Notes: a model not told the origin generated them from the letters alone. 64,000 nucleotides of DNA from Nibricoccus sp. (GCA_047602425.1 JASGHG010000001.1:704001-768000); one strand, 5' to 3'. Shown: positions 51,186 through 61,305, counted from the stretch's first letter. Numbers and translations: made by a program.

Positions 51186-51387
51186 GGTATCTATTTGTTT
51201 TGGGATGCAGTGCGCGAAGTGCGCACCAGTCATCACAGCATAACCCAAACCTGGGAAAAATCCCTCTTTTTTATCGCTAAAAGCTGCGCGCACCAAAGCG
51301 CTTTTCCTCTGCGGTGACGAATCCCTGCAAATTCACGCAACAATCGACTAACAAACCCGTCACATAACATTCGCTCTTCACAACCAA

Positions 51388-52067
51388 ATGCTGCCAAACC
51401 TCCTGCTTCCACCCAAGTTCCTCTCAATCGCTGCGTTCGCGGTACCGCGCTCGCCTTCACGGGCTGTTCCCATCGTCCGCCGATGGAAAGAACCGGCGGC
51501 GAGCCAAGCGCCGCGGCGATTCCAAACATGACGGCGCAAACGAGTTTCTTCGATGGCAAGTTGCTCGTGGAAGCCAATCTCGGCCGGGGTTTTAGCGGTC
51601 GCGGCCTGGGTGGCGGCCCGGGCGGAAATCGCGGCGGACCGGAAGGTCGGGGCGGACGCCGAGGCGGCGGTGGCATGCGGATGGGCGGTGGTCCCGGTGG
51701 CCCGGGCCCCGGCGGCGAAATGGGCGGCGTTCCTGGCGGTGGCGGCATGGCCGGGCCGGTCATGCATGAGAGCAATCAACCTCCCGTCGCCTTGCGCCTG
51801 CGGTTAACCAACAAGAGCAAGGAAACGCTCGAAGTGACTTTTGCGCTGTGCAAATCCGAGCTGGGCGATTTTGCCGTGCGACCGGAAAAACTCGCGCTCG
51901 CGCCCGAACAAACCGCCGAGCCCGAACCGATGACCTCGCGCTTGGGGATCCCCTCCGACGAACTCATACTGCGCGTGGGCTTGCGGACAGGCGGTAAGAC
52001 CGAGCAGCAAGACCTCGTGTTGCGAAAAAGCGATTTAAACGAACCAGCCGTGACGCCTAAGCCTTGA
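51388..52067 (+). CDS. Gly-rich lipoprotein with an apparent +2 frameshift at 51443-51444
   Basis: ATG at 51388 gives a hydrophobic leader; deleting TA joins it to ALAFTGC (lipobox) and the 51483 ORF. No other start precedes the lipobox in that frame. Confidence 0.7.
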
Positions 52068-52084
52068 CAAAAAACGAGATATCC

Positions 52085-52119
52085 GCGCCCAGCACAGCGC
52101 CACGGCTGGGCTGCGGCGC
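52085..52119. terminator. Imperfect GC-rich hairpin between convergent genes
   Basis: GCGCC-CAGC-A-CAGC..GCTG-G-GCTG-C-GGCGC. Confidence 0.35.
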
Positions 52120-52126
52120 ATCTGCC

Positions 52127-53779
52127 TTATTTCAATAAGACCTTGTAGACGATCGTATGCGCGTGAGGCCCCGACATCTTTGTCGGCGGCGCGATAATCA
52201 AACCGTGCACCGTCTGCGACCACACCAAAGTCTCGTCGCTGCCGAGCACGGTCACGCCGGCCACTGTCGGTCCGTACTGGTTCGTGTCGTTGCCCATTGA
52301 TTTGATATTGGTCGCATCCTTCGGCACGCCCATCTGAATAATGTAAATCACGTCTCCTTTTTGCGTGAAACGTACATCCTCAGAGGTCAAAGGCTTGCCC
52401 TTGCCCTCATTGAAACCTTGGGCGTTGAGCGGCGCGGCGCCGGTCAGGGCAGGTCCTTCGCCGCAGATTTTCCACGGCCGGGTATCGAAAATACATTCAC
52501 GATTTATAGCCATCCAACCAGCGATGTCTTCCAGAATGGCCACTTCGTCTGCGTCAATCGTGCCGTCGCCACGCACCGGCACGCTCAGGAGCAAATTGCC
52601 GTTTTTGCTCACTACATCCGCAAGCGTCTGAATAATCGTCTTCGCCGTCTTGTAGCGGTGTTTTTCAAAAAGACTGCGGTCGTAATGCCAGCCGCCGAGA
52701 CAAGTGTCGCACTGCCACGGGAGCGGTTCGATGACGTTGCTCTGCCCGCGCTCGATGTCCCAAACCATGCATTTGCGCTGTTGCTCGTTGAGCACCTTTC
52801 CGAAGAGCACGCCCTCCAACTTGCCGCCGTTCGCCTCCATGTTGGAATTATAGAAATGCGCGGCAATTTTCAGTCCCACGTCGCTGATCGGATGCAGCGG
52901 GAGCGCAGTGTCGTCGAAATAAATCAGATCGGGCTGCACCTGGTTGATTAGATCTACCGTGCGGTTGTAGAAACGCTGACAATAGGCGGCGTCGGGCACG
53001 CTCGCGCCGTTGCCCCAATCCCATTGTTTGTGCAGCATTTTCGGGTCGTCGGCACCCTGGCTGCGCGTGTGGTTTTGTGCGTAAAGATCCTGCGGATTGA
53101 GCCCGTCCCACCATTGGCCTTTGCCCTCGGCCGCAGTCAGTTTGCCATCATAAGGCACGCCGGCCAGCGCGCCTTTTTTGTCGGCGGATTGGGAAAATTC
53201 ATACCACGTCCACGCGTGAGCCGCATGCACGCTCACCCCGAAACGAAGGCCTTGCGCGCGAGCAGCCTTCGCCCAGCCAGCGATGATATCCTTCTTCGGG
53301 CCGATCCGCGTGGAGTTCCAAGGCTGGTATTTCGAATTCCAGAGATCGAAATTATCGTGGTGATTCGCCATCGCAAAAAAATACTGCGCCCCCACCCTTT
53401 TATAGAGCGCGAGAAGTTTTTCCGGCTCCCATTTGTCCGCCTTCCAGGAATTGATCACGTCCTTGAAGCCCATTTTCGACGGAGGGCCGTAGTTCTGGAC
53501 GTGCCACAGATTCTGTCGGTGCCCCTCCACATACATGTAACGTCCATACCAATCCCCCTGCTCGGGCTGGCACTGCGGTCCCCAGTGCGCCCAAATTCCG
53601 AATTTCGCGTCGCGAAACCACTCGGGCACCTCGTATTGCTGCAACGAGGCCCAGGTCGGGTCGAATTTACCGGTTTGCATCGGTTCGTCCGCATGGACAA
53701 ACGTCGGCGCAAAAAACATTGCCATGCTGAAAAGCGACAGCATGGCTGCCGCTCGTGGAGATGCACAGAAGCTGGTCAT
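52127..53779 (-). CDS. Alpha-L-fucosidase (GH29), exported
   Basis: WFRDAKFGIWAHWG, HHDNFDLW, IYFDD nucleophile region, VSKNGNLLL. Confidence 0.92.
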   Translation of the reverse strand: MTSFCASPRAAAMLSLFSMAMFFAPTFVHADEPMQTGKFDPTWASLQQYEVPEWFRDAKFGIWAHWGPQCQPEQGDWYGRYMYVEGHRQNLWHVQNYGPPSKMGFKDVINSWKADKWEPEKLLALYKRVGAQYFFAMANHHDNFDLWNSKYQPWNSTRIGPKKDIIAGWAKAARAQGLRFGVSVHAAHAWTWYEFSQSADKKGALAGVPYDGKLTAAEGKGQWWDGLNPQDLYAQNHTRSQGADDPKMLHKQWDWGNGASVPDAAYCQRFYNRTVDLINQVQPDLIYFDDTALPLHPISDVGLKIAAHFYNSNMEANGGKLEGVLFGKVLNEQQRKCMVWDIERGQSNVIEPLPWQCDTCLGGWHYDRSLFEKHRYKTAKTIIQTLADVVSKNGNLLLSVPVRGDGTIDADEVAILEDIAGWMAINRECIFDTRPWKICGEGPALTGAAPLNAQGFNEGKGKPLTSEDVRFTQKGDVIYIIQMGVPKDATNIKSMGNDTNQYGPTVAGVTVLGSDETLVWSQTVHGLIIAPPTKMSGPHAHTIVYKVLLK

Positions 53780-53829
53780 ATGTTGGAGCCCCTAGACAGT
53801 CCCCCCGCCGAACGAGTTCCAGCCTACAA

Positions 53830-55950
53830 TTAATCTGACCGTTCGATTAAAACCGCGGCATGATGAGCTATTTTCGGAGTGCAAAGGCGCAATATACCCC
53901 CGTTGTGCGAAATTGCCTGATTTACATCCGGTTTACCCGTCAAAGTGTCCCACCAAGTCACGCGCCATTGCCCTGCAGGCAGGTCGTCAACCAGCACGAT
54001 GCCGCTGACTGCCCGCGCTGTTTTACCCGCAAACACACCCCGACGATTCCACAGCCACAGTGCGACGAAGCGATCGTTGCGTTGTCCGACCGCCGCGAGC
54101 ACGGACTGTTCGAGGTCAAAATCGATCTCCGCCAGATCGAACCAACCCGTATCGGCAGGATTTTCGACGACCAGCGTGTGCTCGCCTGCCGGAACGGCGG
54201 CGACAATGTCAGGCTGCGGCCGCGGACCATTCTTTGGCGGCGTGTCTTTCGGCGGTTCGGGCCACGTCATCTCCGCCGCAACAACGCCGTCGATGGAAAA
54301 ACGAAATCCGCTCGCCCGCTGGGCGGAATCCGCGATGCGAAAACGCAGCGTCAAAGGCTTCGGCAAATTGACGTGGTAGGTCGCCCGGTTGGGAAAACCA
54401 TTTTTGGTAGTTTCCTCGCGATTCATATAGATGCGCGGTATGTCGGGTAGCCCGAGCGGTTCCCGGCCGTCGAGCGGCAGGTTCATTTCTGGTGGAGGTA
54501 AACGATGCCACATATGTCCTCCTGCAAGTACGAGGGGAACACGCTCTTCGCATTCCACAACCATCTCACAGGGCGTAAGCCCCGCGCATCGATATAATCC
54601 AGACGCTTGGAGAAATCGTGCGACAGCGCCAAGCTCGGCTAAGCGCTCTTTTTTGATCAGTTCGCTGCCTAACCAAACCTGTGCGGGAAAATATCCCTGC
54701 CCCATCAATCCGGACCAAACCGGCGGGACAATTGTAACACCGGATTTTTTCACCTCATCCGAAACTTGCAGGTGATCGTCGCCCATTTCGCCGTAAAAGG
54801 CCGGCTTCGTCAGACGTCCCGGTTCGGGAACAAACTTTCGCGCGCCTGCGAGCAGATTGGGCGCATAGAGATGCGGCTGAAAATAATCCATGTCGGCATA
54901 AACGGGGCTGTTGAAATCCTCCGTGCTGGTGGTCACCAAATGCCCGTATCGATCGATGGAGCGCAGGTAACCCGCCATCAGCGAATGCCAGCGCGCAACA
55001 GCTTCTTCGTTTTTGTTTTCCCCACGCATGGCGTCCGTCCAATGCACCTCGTTGAAAAGCTCCCAACACATCAACGCAGGAGAATACCCCCAGCGTGCGA
55101 CTATATAGCGGTATTTCTGCATCGTCAGCTGAATCGCTTCCGGGGACGTGAAAAATTCGACGGGCGTGTTGAGAAATCCCCCATTGGCGACGTTCCAAGG
55201 ATTATCTTTCCAGTTGGAATTCACCTCGGTGCTGTACTGGCCGTGGTGTTGAAGCACCATTTGGAAATACACGCCCTTCTTTTCCGCTGTCTCGAAAATT
55301 TCGTCCCATTTCTCCGCCACTCGCAGATCAAGTTCGACGCCGCGTGGCGAGGGTCCACGCCTTTCGGACGGCCAGTCCAAATTTAGCCCACCCCAATGAG
55401 ACATCCACACGCGCGTCCAATTAAGCCCATTGCGGGAAAATGCCTCAAAGGCGCGGCGATAGAATCGTAGGCCGCTGGCGTCCGGCCAGGCGAGATTGGC
55501 GCCCAGAGGAACGAACCTTTCACCAGAACTTAAAACGAAACGCCGCGGGTCAACTGGATCGATTTTAATGCCGGGCCGAAGCTCCGCCGCGCGAATGTCT
55601 TTTTGCCGTGAGCCGCGGACGTCGCTTACGAGTTCCACCGAGCTTTCGCCACGGGTTTCAGTGATTTTCCCGAGTTCATATTGGCCAGCGCTATCGGCGC
55701 GGGCCCGCACCGCATAGCGGTTGTTACCAACATAGAACGCCGGATGATTAATCACGCGCCCCGATGGCAGTGTGACCTCCGCCCAGATTTCGCGCGCAAA
55801 CGGATTTGCCTCCGACGGCGAAACCTTGAACTCGAACTCGACCGGACGCGCATTCAATGCCACCGCAAAATATAAAAACGCCGCGATGCGCAGCGGCCAA
55901 AACAAAGAGCGTCGGCAATTGCGATGCACTAAACTGCGGGACTCGGCCAT
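53830..55950 (-). CDS. Clan GH-A (GH5-like) glycoside hydrolase with a DUF5060-like N-domain
   Basis: NPF..AFY N-domain; G.N..RVW, RYIVARWG, WELFNEV (acid/base), FYGEMG (nucleophile). Start uncertain. Confidence 0.7.
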   Translation of the reverse strand: MAESRSLVHRNCRRSLFWPLRIAAFLYFAVALNARPVEFEFKVSPSEANPFAREIWAEVTLPSGRVINHPAFYVGNNRYAVRARADSAGQYELGKITETRGESSVELVSDVRGSRQKDIRAAELRPGIKIDPVDPRRFVLSSGERFVPLGANLAWPDASGLRFYRRAFEAFSRNGLNWTRVWMSHWGGLNLDWPSERRGPSPRGVELDLRVAEKWDEIFETAEKKGVYFQMVLQHHGQYSTEVNSNWKDNPWNVANGGFLNTPVEFFTSPEAIQLTMQKYRYIVARWGYSPALMCWELFNEVHWTDAMRGENKNEEAVARWHSLMAGYLRSIDRYGHLVTTSTEDFNSPVYADMDYFQPHLYAPNLLAGARKFVPEPGRLTKPAFYGEMGDDHLQVSDEVKKSGVTIVPPVWSGLMGQGYFPAQVWLGSELIKKERLAELGAVARFLQASGLYRCAGLTPCEMVVECEERVPLVLAGGHMWHRLPPPEMNLPLDGREPLGLPDIPRIYMNREETTKNGFPNRATYHVNLPKPLTLRFRIADSAQRASGFRFSIDGVVAAEMTWPEPPKDTPPKNGPRPQPDIVAAVPAGEHTLVVENPADTGWFDLAEIDFDLEQSVLAAVGQRNDRFVALWLWNRRGVFAGKTARAVSGIVLVDDLPAGQWRVTWWDTLTGKPDVNQAISHNGGILRLCTPKIAHHAAVLIERSD

Positions 55951-56025
55951 AGCGGCATTTTTTTGGAAAAAGTTCAGCGATGAAGTGTCACTGAAGCGCA
56001 GTGAAACAGGCCATCTATATAAAAC

Positions 56026-56058
56026 AAGCGCCCGGTGACGGACCGTCACCGGGCGCTT
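56026..56058 (-). terminator. Intrinsic terminator after the TonB-dependent receptor
   Basis: Perfect 16-bp inverted repeat AAGCGCCCGGTGACGG-A-CCGTCACCGGGCGCTT, followed on the minus strand by GTTTTATAT. Confidence 0.8.
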
Positions 56059-56155
56059 CCCCATACTATTTCAGGGTCGAGCTGCCATCTTCAGCACGCA
56101 ACCGATACGTGCCTAGCCATTGAGCCATGGCAGCTCGAAACACACACCACACACA

Positions 56156-59100
56156 TCAGAAGTTGAAGGTATTGGTCAGCTGCCAAGTCTGGCCTTCCGC
56201 AATGCGGGTCGTGGCGACCTGACCATCCGGATTGATGGTGACGGGCACCTGCTTGGTATGCTCAGTGAGATTGCGGATATTGAGTTGGATATTCCAATCG
56301 ACCTTCTTTCCGAGCCTCCGACTGTAACCGAGCCAGATGTCAACATGCTCGTCGGTCGGTCCATGAAATGGGCGATTGGCATCGAGGGCATTGTAATCTT
56401 TCTGACCGTTTGCCAGACGTTTGAAGTCATAACCGAGGACGCGTTTACCTTCCCAACGATAACCACCACCAACATAGACCCCTTTAAGGATGCCCCTGTC
56501 AAAGGCGTAGGTGGAAATACCGTTTAAACGCCATTCGGGAATTTCGGGCACCTGCTGGCCGACTTGCGAAGTTAAGGTGCTGTATGGAGCAAGGATGTTC
56601 ACACGCCAAGCATCGCGGAACGTGTCGCCACCCCAGAGACGAACCAAACCGGCATCGCCAGCGAGGAACTTGGTGTAATCATTGATCCATTGAACGATTG
56701 AAGGGCTGATCGCCGTGTACTTGGCATCGGTTTTAGCCGCATTCAACGTAAGGTTCCAGTTATTCGTCGGTTTGGCAGTGAGTTCAATTTCAATGCCTTT
56801 TGAGATCGTATCAACCGTCGCCACCGGACCATTGCCGGTCGATTTGAGCGTGCCGTTGTAAGCGGGCTGCAATCCAAGACCGCTGGCGCCGCTGCCGCCA
56901 TCTGCAATGGAACCAGAGCCATATTGAGGTACAGCGAGATACCAATCGGCTTCATTATTCGAATGCATTTTTGCAACGTTCAAACCCAAGCCATATTCAT
57001 CCGCAAATTTCTGGGAGAGCGGGAACTTGGTAAAGAAGTCTGTAACGATGGTTCGAATACGGTTCGGATCGGAATCGATACCATTCCAAGGCCAGCCCCA
57101 ATTACCCTGACGGCGCTGCGGAGTGGCAATACCGTCAAGCGCGGCAAGCGAGTGCGTGGCTTCCCAATAAGGAAGCGCCCAAGCATAGTACAACGTGCTG
57201 GAGAAACCAGCACTGTCAGCTTGCAACGTCGCATCCTTCATTCTCGTCTCATAGCGATTGACCTTCAGGACAATGCGGTCATCCAGCGTCGAAATAACGA
57301 TACCAAAATCCTTGGTTTTACCCGTCGGATTATTGATCAAGTTGCCGAAGATGTCACCACGCGGAACGTCGAGTTGGAAGTTCTGGGAATTATTATAGAA
57401 GAAGCTCAGACGGGTTTTACCAGGCATTTTGTCACTCAGCCATTTCGGGCTGTGAATAACAAAGCCCCAGCTCTTGGTAGTTTCTTCCGCTGTCACTGGG
57501 GGCTTACCATCCGAGTCCGCACTGTAGTTTTGGATCGCAACACCATAAAGGTCCTTAGGCGCCTGCGAATTATAGTTAGAGACCTTATCTTTGCGCCAGC
57601 CGAAGACCGGGATTATATTGCCGTCCCACAAATAACCCTGCCATGTGAATGCTTGGGAGCTAATTATATTGCGGGTTTTGGAGCCGGCAGTCCAAAGGGA
57701 TTCCAAGTCACTAGAATTATCGGCGTTGAGAATGCGAAAGTTACCGGACCTCCAACCCACATAATTAGCCGGGTTCTCCGCTTGTGTAACGGTAAAACCG
57801 ACCGGCGTACCAGAGCTGTCGTTTTCATAATAGGTATATGGATCATTCGGGTTCACACTGGGGGCATTCCAGTGGGAATCATAGTAACGTACTTGTTGGT
57901 AACCGACGGGGTTGATAATTGTGTTAACGTTACTGAGGCCGATACCGCTCGCAGTATTACGCCCCCGCAGATCGGGGCCAATATATGCGATCCAATCGAT
58001 GGCGCGGGAACCACTCGTAATATTTGCATTATTCGTGATTGGGCTCTGTGCTGCGGCCCAGTCCGGCTCGGAGGCCCAGCGCGCGAAGTTGCGGTAATCC
58101 ATCCGCTTGCGATCCTGCGAAACAAGGCCAGTCAATACATGGCGGCCGAGGATGCGAGTGAGCAGGGATTTCTGCATGAAATCGTCGAAACGGATGTCGC
58201 CCATCACGGTGAATCGCCAATTGTCGCGATCGATATAGTTCTTCGAGTTATTATACTGACCACTGTTGCCTACATACGGGCGACCCACGTTAGGGTTTGG
58301 CGAGCCGTCGAGCAAATGCGTGTTCAGATCCACGCTAATCGAGTATTGATCACCATTGAGGAAAGCATATTGGCCGTCGTCATAACGCTGGCCGAAATAT
58401 GCGTATTCAAAGCCCAAGCGATCATTAAAGAAAGTTTGCGAAATCGAAAGATTGGCCGCTTTCCAGTTTTGCCATTCGCGCTTGTTGTCGCCATCCATCA
58501 ACTTGTGATAGAAATCAAAGATTCCGGGATCACGCAGAGATTTGTTGCCGAAAAATGCGCCGCCAGGAACCCATCCTGAGGCCGCATAGGCATGATAAGT
58601 CGCGATGCCATAGGGGCGCGCGAAAGGAATACCGCTGATCGTACCGTCAACTGCGCCACTGGAATTGATACCAAAGCCGGTACCAACCGTACCCATGCGG
58701 CTATAAAGCAGGCGATTTCCGCCACCGCTTGTGGCAGCGTAGGCATTGTAATAATTCGCAATAGTGGAACCAAACAAACGACCCATCGCGGCTTCGCGGA
58801 ACCAAGGGTAGGTATTATTCGGATAGATTGGATTATTACCATATTGATTCCAAGACGTGTTGGGATTCACCGTTAGCTGGTTCATATCCGTGAACCAAGG
58901 GGTGATTGAATCGATGGGAGCGAGCGAACGTGGACGGTTTGCCATTACTTTGCCCGTTTCGAAATTGGCTTTCACCGACGTGGCGCCTCCTTCGAAGATT
59001 TGCGGATCCCAGCGGCCAGCGACAAAAATGCGGCGATCATTATTAAACGCCGGATTCTGTTCGAACTTACTCTTGTCGTCCATGCCCGTGACACGGAGCG

Positions 59101-59809
59101 ACAGCTCCTTAGGCAAGAGTACATAATTAATATCAAGCTCATGCCGCTGGGAGTTATATTGGTCCAAGCGGAACGAATACTTGTTGGCGTTTTTAAAAGT
59201 AGCGCCATTGATGCTCGTATTAATGATACCTGCAGGACTGCCCGCACCGAAAAGGATCGAATTCGGACCGCGCTGCATATCAACACGACCTGTGTTATAA
59301 CCGTCCCACGGAATATCGGTTAAGAAGAATTCGCGTGTATTATCAGCCTGCGCCAAACCACGGACACGGGTGGCGTTATTAGGGCGCAAAAGGTTCAAAT
59401 TCTCATTGTAGGTCAGTCCACCGCCCGTTCCGGCATAGTTGCCTTTGACGCCTGACACTTCGGTACTCGTGGTGTAAACAAGCAAATCCTGAGAGTTTTT
59501 CGCGCCCGTATCCTTGAGGAATTGGGACGTCACGATTGAAATCGCAGATGGCAAATCATTCACATCCGTACGAACACGGGTGCCGGCAAGCGTGCTCTTC
59601 GCGCGGTACGAGTCCTTGTCCTCGGCTGCTTCCACAGTAAATGGAGACAAAACTAGAATTTCTTCTTCGTCTTCCGCCGCGACCGATGCTTTCCTATCGG
59701 TAGTGGTTGGTTCCGACGCGGGCGTCTGTCCAAAAGCGCTCGGTATATAGACGAGCGCGGATACGAGGGCGGCGTACAATGCACCGCCAGCTGGCAGTTT
59801 CCTGATCAT
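56156..59809 (-). CDS. Large TonB-dependent receptor
   Basis: Signal peptide; VLSPFTV TonB-box region, TLAGTR, RVRGL, RGPNSILFG.G.P.G plug motifs; QLNIRNL..TFNF C-terminus ending in Phe. Confidence 0.92.
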   Translation of the reverse strand: MIRKLPAGGALYAALVSALVYIPSAFGQTPASEPTTTDRKASVAAEDEEEILVLSPFTVEAAEDKDSYRAKSTLAGTRVRTDVNDLPSAISIVTSQFLKDTGAKNSQDLLVYTTSTEVSGVKGNYAGTGGGLTYNENLNLLRPNNATRVRGLAQADNTREFFLTDIPWDGYNTGRVDMQRGPNSILFGAGSPAGIINTSINGATFKNANKYSFRLDQYNSQRHELDINYVLLPKELSLRVTGMDDKSKFEQNPAFNNDRRIFVAGRWDPQIFEGGATSVKANFETGKVMANRPRSLAPIDSITPWFTDMNQLTVNPNTSWNQYGNNPIYPNNTYPWFREAAMGRLFGSTIANYYNAYAATSGGGNRLLYSRMGTVGTGFGINSSGAVDGTISGIPFARPYGIATYHAYAASGWVPGGAFFGNKSLRDPGIFDFYHKLMDGDNKREWQNWKAANLSISQTFFNDRLGFEYAYFGQRYDDGQYAFLNGDQYSISVDLNTHLLDGSPNPNVGRPYVGNSGQYNNSKNYIDRDNWRFTVMGDIRFDDFMQKSLLTRILGRHVLTGLVSQDRKRMDYRNFARWASEPDWAAAQSPITNNANITSGSRAIDWIAYIGPDLRGRNTASGIGLSNVNTIINPVGYQQVRYYDSHWNAPSVNPNDPYTYYENDSSGTPVGFTVTQAENPANYVGWRSGNFRILNADNSSDLESLWTAGSKTRNIISSQAFTWQGYLWDGNIIPVFGWRKDKVSNYNSQAPKDLYGVAIQNYSADSDGKPPVTAEETTKSWGFVIHSPKWLSDKMPGKTRLSFFYNNSQNFQLDVPRGDIFGNLINNPTGKTKDFGIVISTLDDRIVLKVNRYETRMKDATLQADSAGFSSTLYYAWALPYWEATHSLAALDGIATPQRRQGNWGWPWNGIDSDPNRIRTIVTDFFTKFPLSQKFADEYGLGLNVAKMHSNNEADWYLAVPQYGSGSIADGGSGASGLGLQPAYNGTLKSTGNGPVATVDTISKGIEIELTAKPTNNWNLTLNAAKTDAKYTAISPSIVQWINDYTKFLAGDAGLVRLWGGDTFRDAWRVNILAPYSTLTSQVGQQVPEIPEWRLNGISTYAFDRGILKGVYVGGGYRWEGKRVLGYDFKRLANGQKDYNALDANRPFHGPTDEHVDIWLGYSRRLGKKVDWNIQLNIRNLTEHTKQVPVTINPDGQVATTRIAEGQTWQLTNTFNF

Positions 59810-59905
59810 GGGGATTCCGGGTTTATGGGAGGTTTGCTTAGGGATCCGGTCACAAATGTGCCGGAGGGGGTGATGCACTTTGAAAATACGCTTTTTAGAC
59901 TCGGC

Positions 59906-59990
59906 TGTGAATGAGTTCACTTGCCCGGCAATTAAGATTTCTTGCCGGTCGTAGATTTTCTAATCAACCGTGTAAATCGCGGCCGTTACA
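59906..59990. promoter_or_regulatory. Cluster of palindromes upstream of the TBDR gene
   Basis: TGTGA-N6-TCACT (59906-59921), CCGGCAA-N10-TTGCCGG (59925-59948), TGTAA-N10-TTACA (59971-59990). Confidence 0.45.
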
Positions 59991-60039
59991 GAGCCAAAAT
60001 CGGGGTTTCTGACAAAACATCCTTGAGCGCACAGGCACT

Positions 60040-61263
60040 TCAAACGGCCTTCTTTTGATTCTTTTTGCGATATTCGCCGGGAGAGTCGCCGGTCAAACGT
60101 TTGAAAACCACGCACATGTATTCAACATACTCGAAGCCTGCCAGTTCCGCAATTTTCTTCAGCGGAAAATCCGTTTCCACCAGCAGTTGGCGAATCTTCT
60201 CGGTCTGCACGCGCCTGATTTCCGCCTGGGGGGAACGGCCAAGATAACGGCGAAATTTCTTCTCTAACTGGCTTCTAGAGGCAAAGGCCTGTTTCAACAC
60301 CTCCTCGACCGAAATGCCATGGCAGGCCCGCTCACGGATGAAGCTGAGAGCGGCGGCCACATTCTTGTCCTCGATCGCCAGCACATCGGTGGAGTGGCGG
60401 GCGGTGACGCCGATGGGTTCGATGCGGAGGTCGACCGCCCCGCAATTTTCCTTGCGCATCAGCCTGTCGAGTAGTTCGGCAGCGTGATAACCGGACTGGT
60501 AGGCGTTGGGCGCCACGCTCGAAAGTGGCGGATAAGCGAGGTCGCAGCGGATGGTATCGTTGTTGACGCCCAGCACCGCCACTTCCTCAGGCACGAGCAG
60601 GCCGGCGTTCTGTGCGGCTCCGATCACTTGGAGAGCGCGCATGTCGTTACAAGCCATCACGGCCACCGGTTTCGGCAGGCGCTTCAACCAAACTCCCAGG
60701 GCGGCAGTCTGCTTGGCATCCCAAAACGGCGTAAGATCGCCGGGATACTCGACGTCAAAAACATCGCAGGCGTGTCCGGTGAGATTGAGTCCCTCCACAA
60801 AACCGTCGCGGCGTTCGCGCGACCATCCGTTGTTCACGAAGCCACAGAAACCGAAGTTGCGAAAACCACGTTCGACGAAATGTTCGGCGCCTAGATGCCC
60901 CATGCCGACGTTATCGGGCCGGATCTTCGGCACGCCGGGAAATGGCAGCGTATCGTTGAGGTCGACGAGCGGCAGTCCGAGTTCATGGCAATTTTGCACA
61001 AGAGCAGGCGTGGTGTGGCGACTGATAACGCCGTGCCATTTTTTTTTGCGCAGCCATTGGGGATCAATTTCGGCGCGAGCTTCGTCGTCGAGAAACGCCG
61101 CCCATGGCAGGTGCGAGCGTTCGTATTGCGAAATCCCGTTGAGCATGGCGGTGCATTCCTCAAAACGGGTCATGAAAACGAGCAGAACGTGGGGGCGCAC
61201 GGGAGCACCATGGGAGGAAACCCCATTCGATGCAAGTAAAGCGGATTTGCGCGGAGCGATCAC
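60040..61263 (-). CDS. XylR-family regulator (LacI-like sensor plus AraC HTH)
   Basis: DN..G..AEH..RGF, WS.ER..GF, LPKPVAVMACND, VPEEVAVLGV, C-terminal AraC HTH. Confidence 0.92.
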   Translation of the reverse strand: MIAPRKSALLASNGVSSHGAPVRPHVLLVFMTRFEECTAMLNGISQYERSHLPWAAFLDDEARAEIDPQWLRKKKWHGVISRHTTPALVQNCHELGLPLVDLNDTLPFPGVPKIRPDNVGMGHLGAEHFVERGFRNFGFCGFVNNGWSRERRDGFVEGLNLTGHACDVFDVEYPGDLTPFWDAKQTAALGVWLKRLPKPVAVMACNDMRALQVIGAAQNAGLLVPEEVAVLGVNNDTIRCDLAYPPLSSVAPNAYQSGYHAAELLDRLMRKENCGAVDLRIEPIGVTARHSTDVLAIEDKNVAAALSFIRERACHGISVEEVLKQAFASRSQLEKKFRRYLGRSPQAEIRRVQTEKIRQLLVETDFPLKKIAELAGFEYVEYMCVVFKRLTGDSPGEYRKKNQKKAV

Positions 61264-61305
61264 GGTGCGCAGAGAAAATCGAGCCGGTTGCGCAATGCGT
61301 CAGAG

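Noticed and set aside
2414..59270. Other CGGWCCG/CGGTACCG sites (e.g. near 2414, 7332, 10721, 31913, 36255, 59263) as further indels
   Set aside because: They lie in uninterrupted frames, several encoding conserved residues (SGT, GPT, GP, RGPN).
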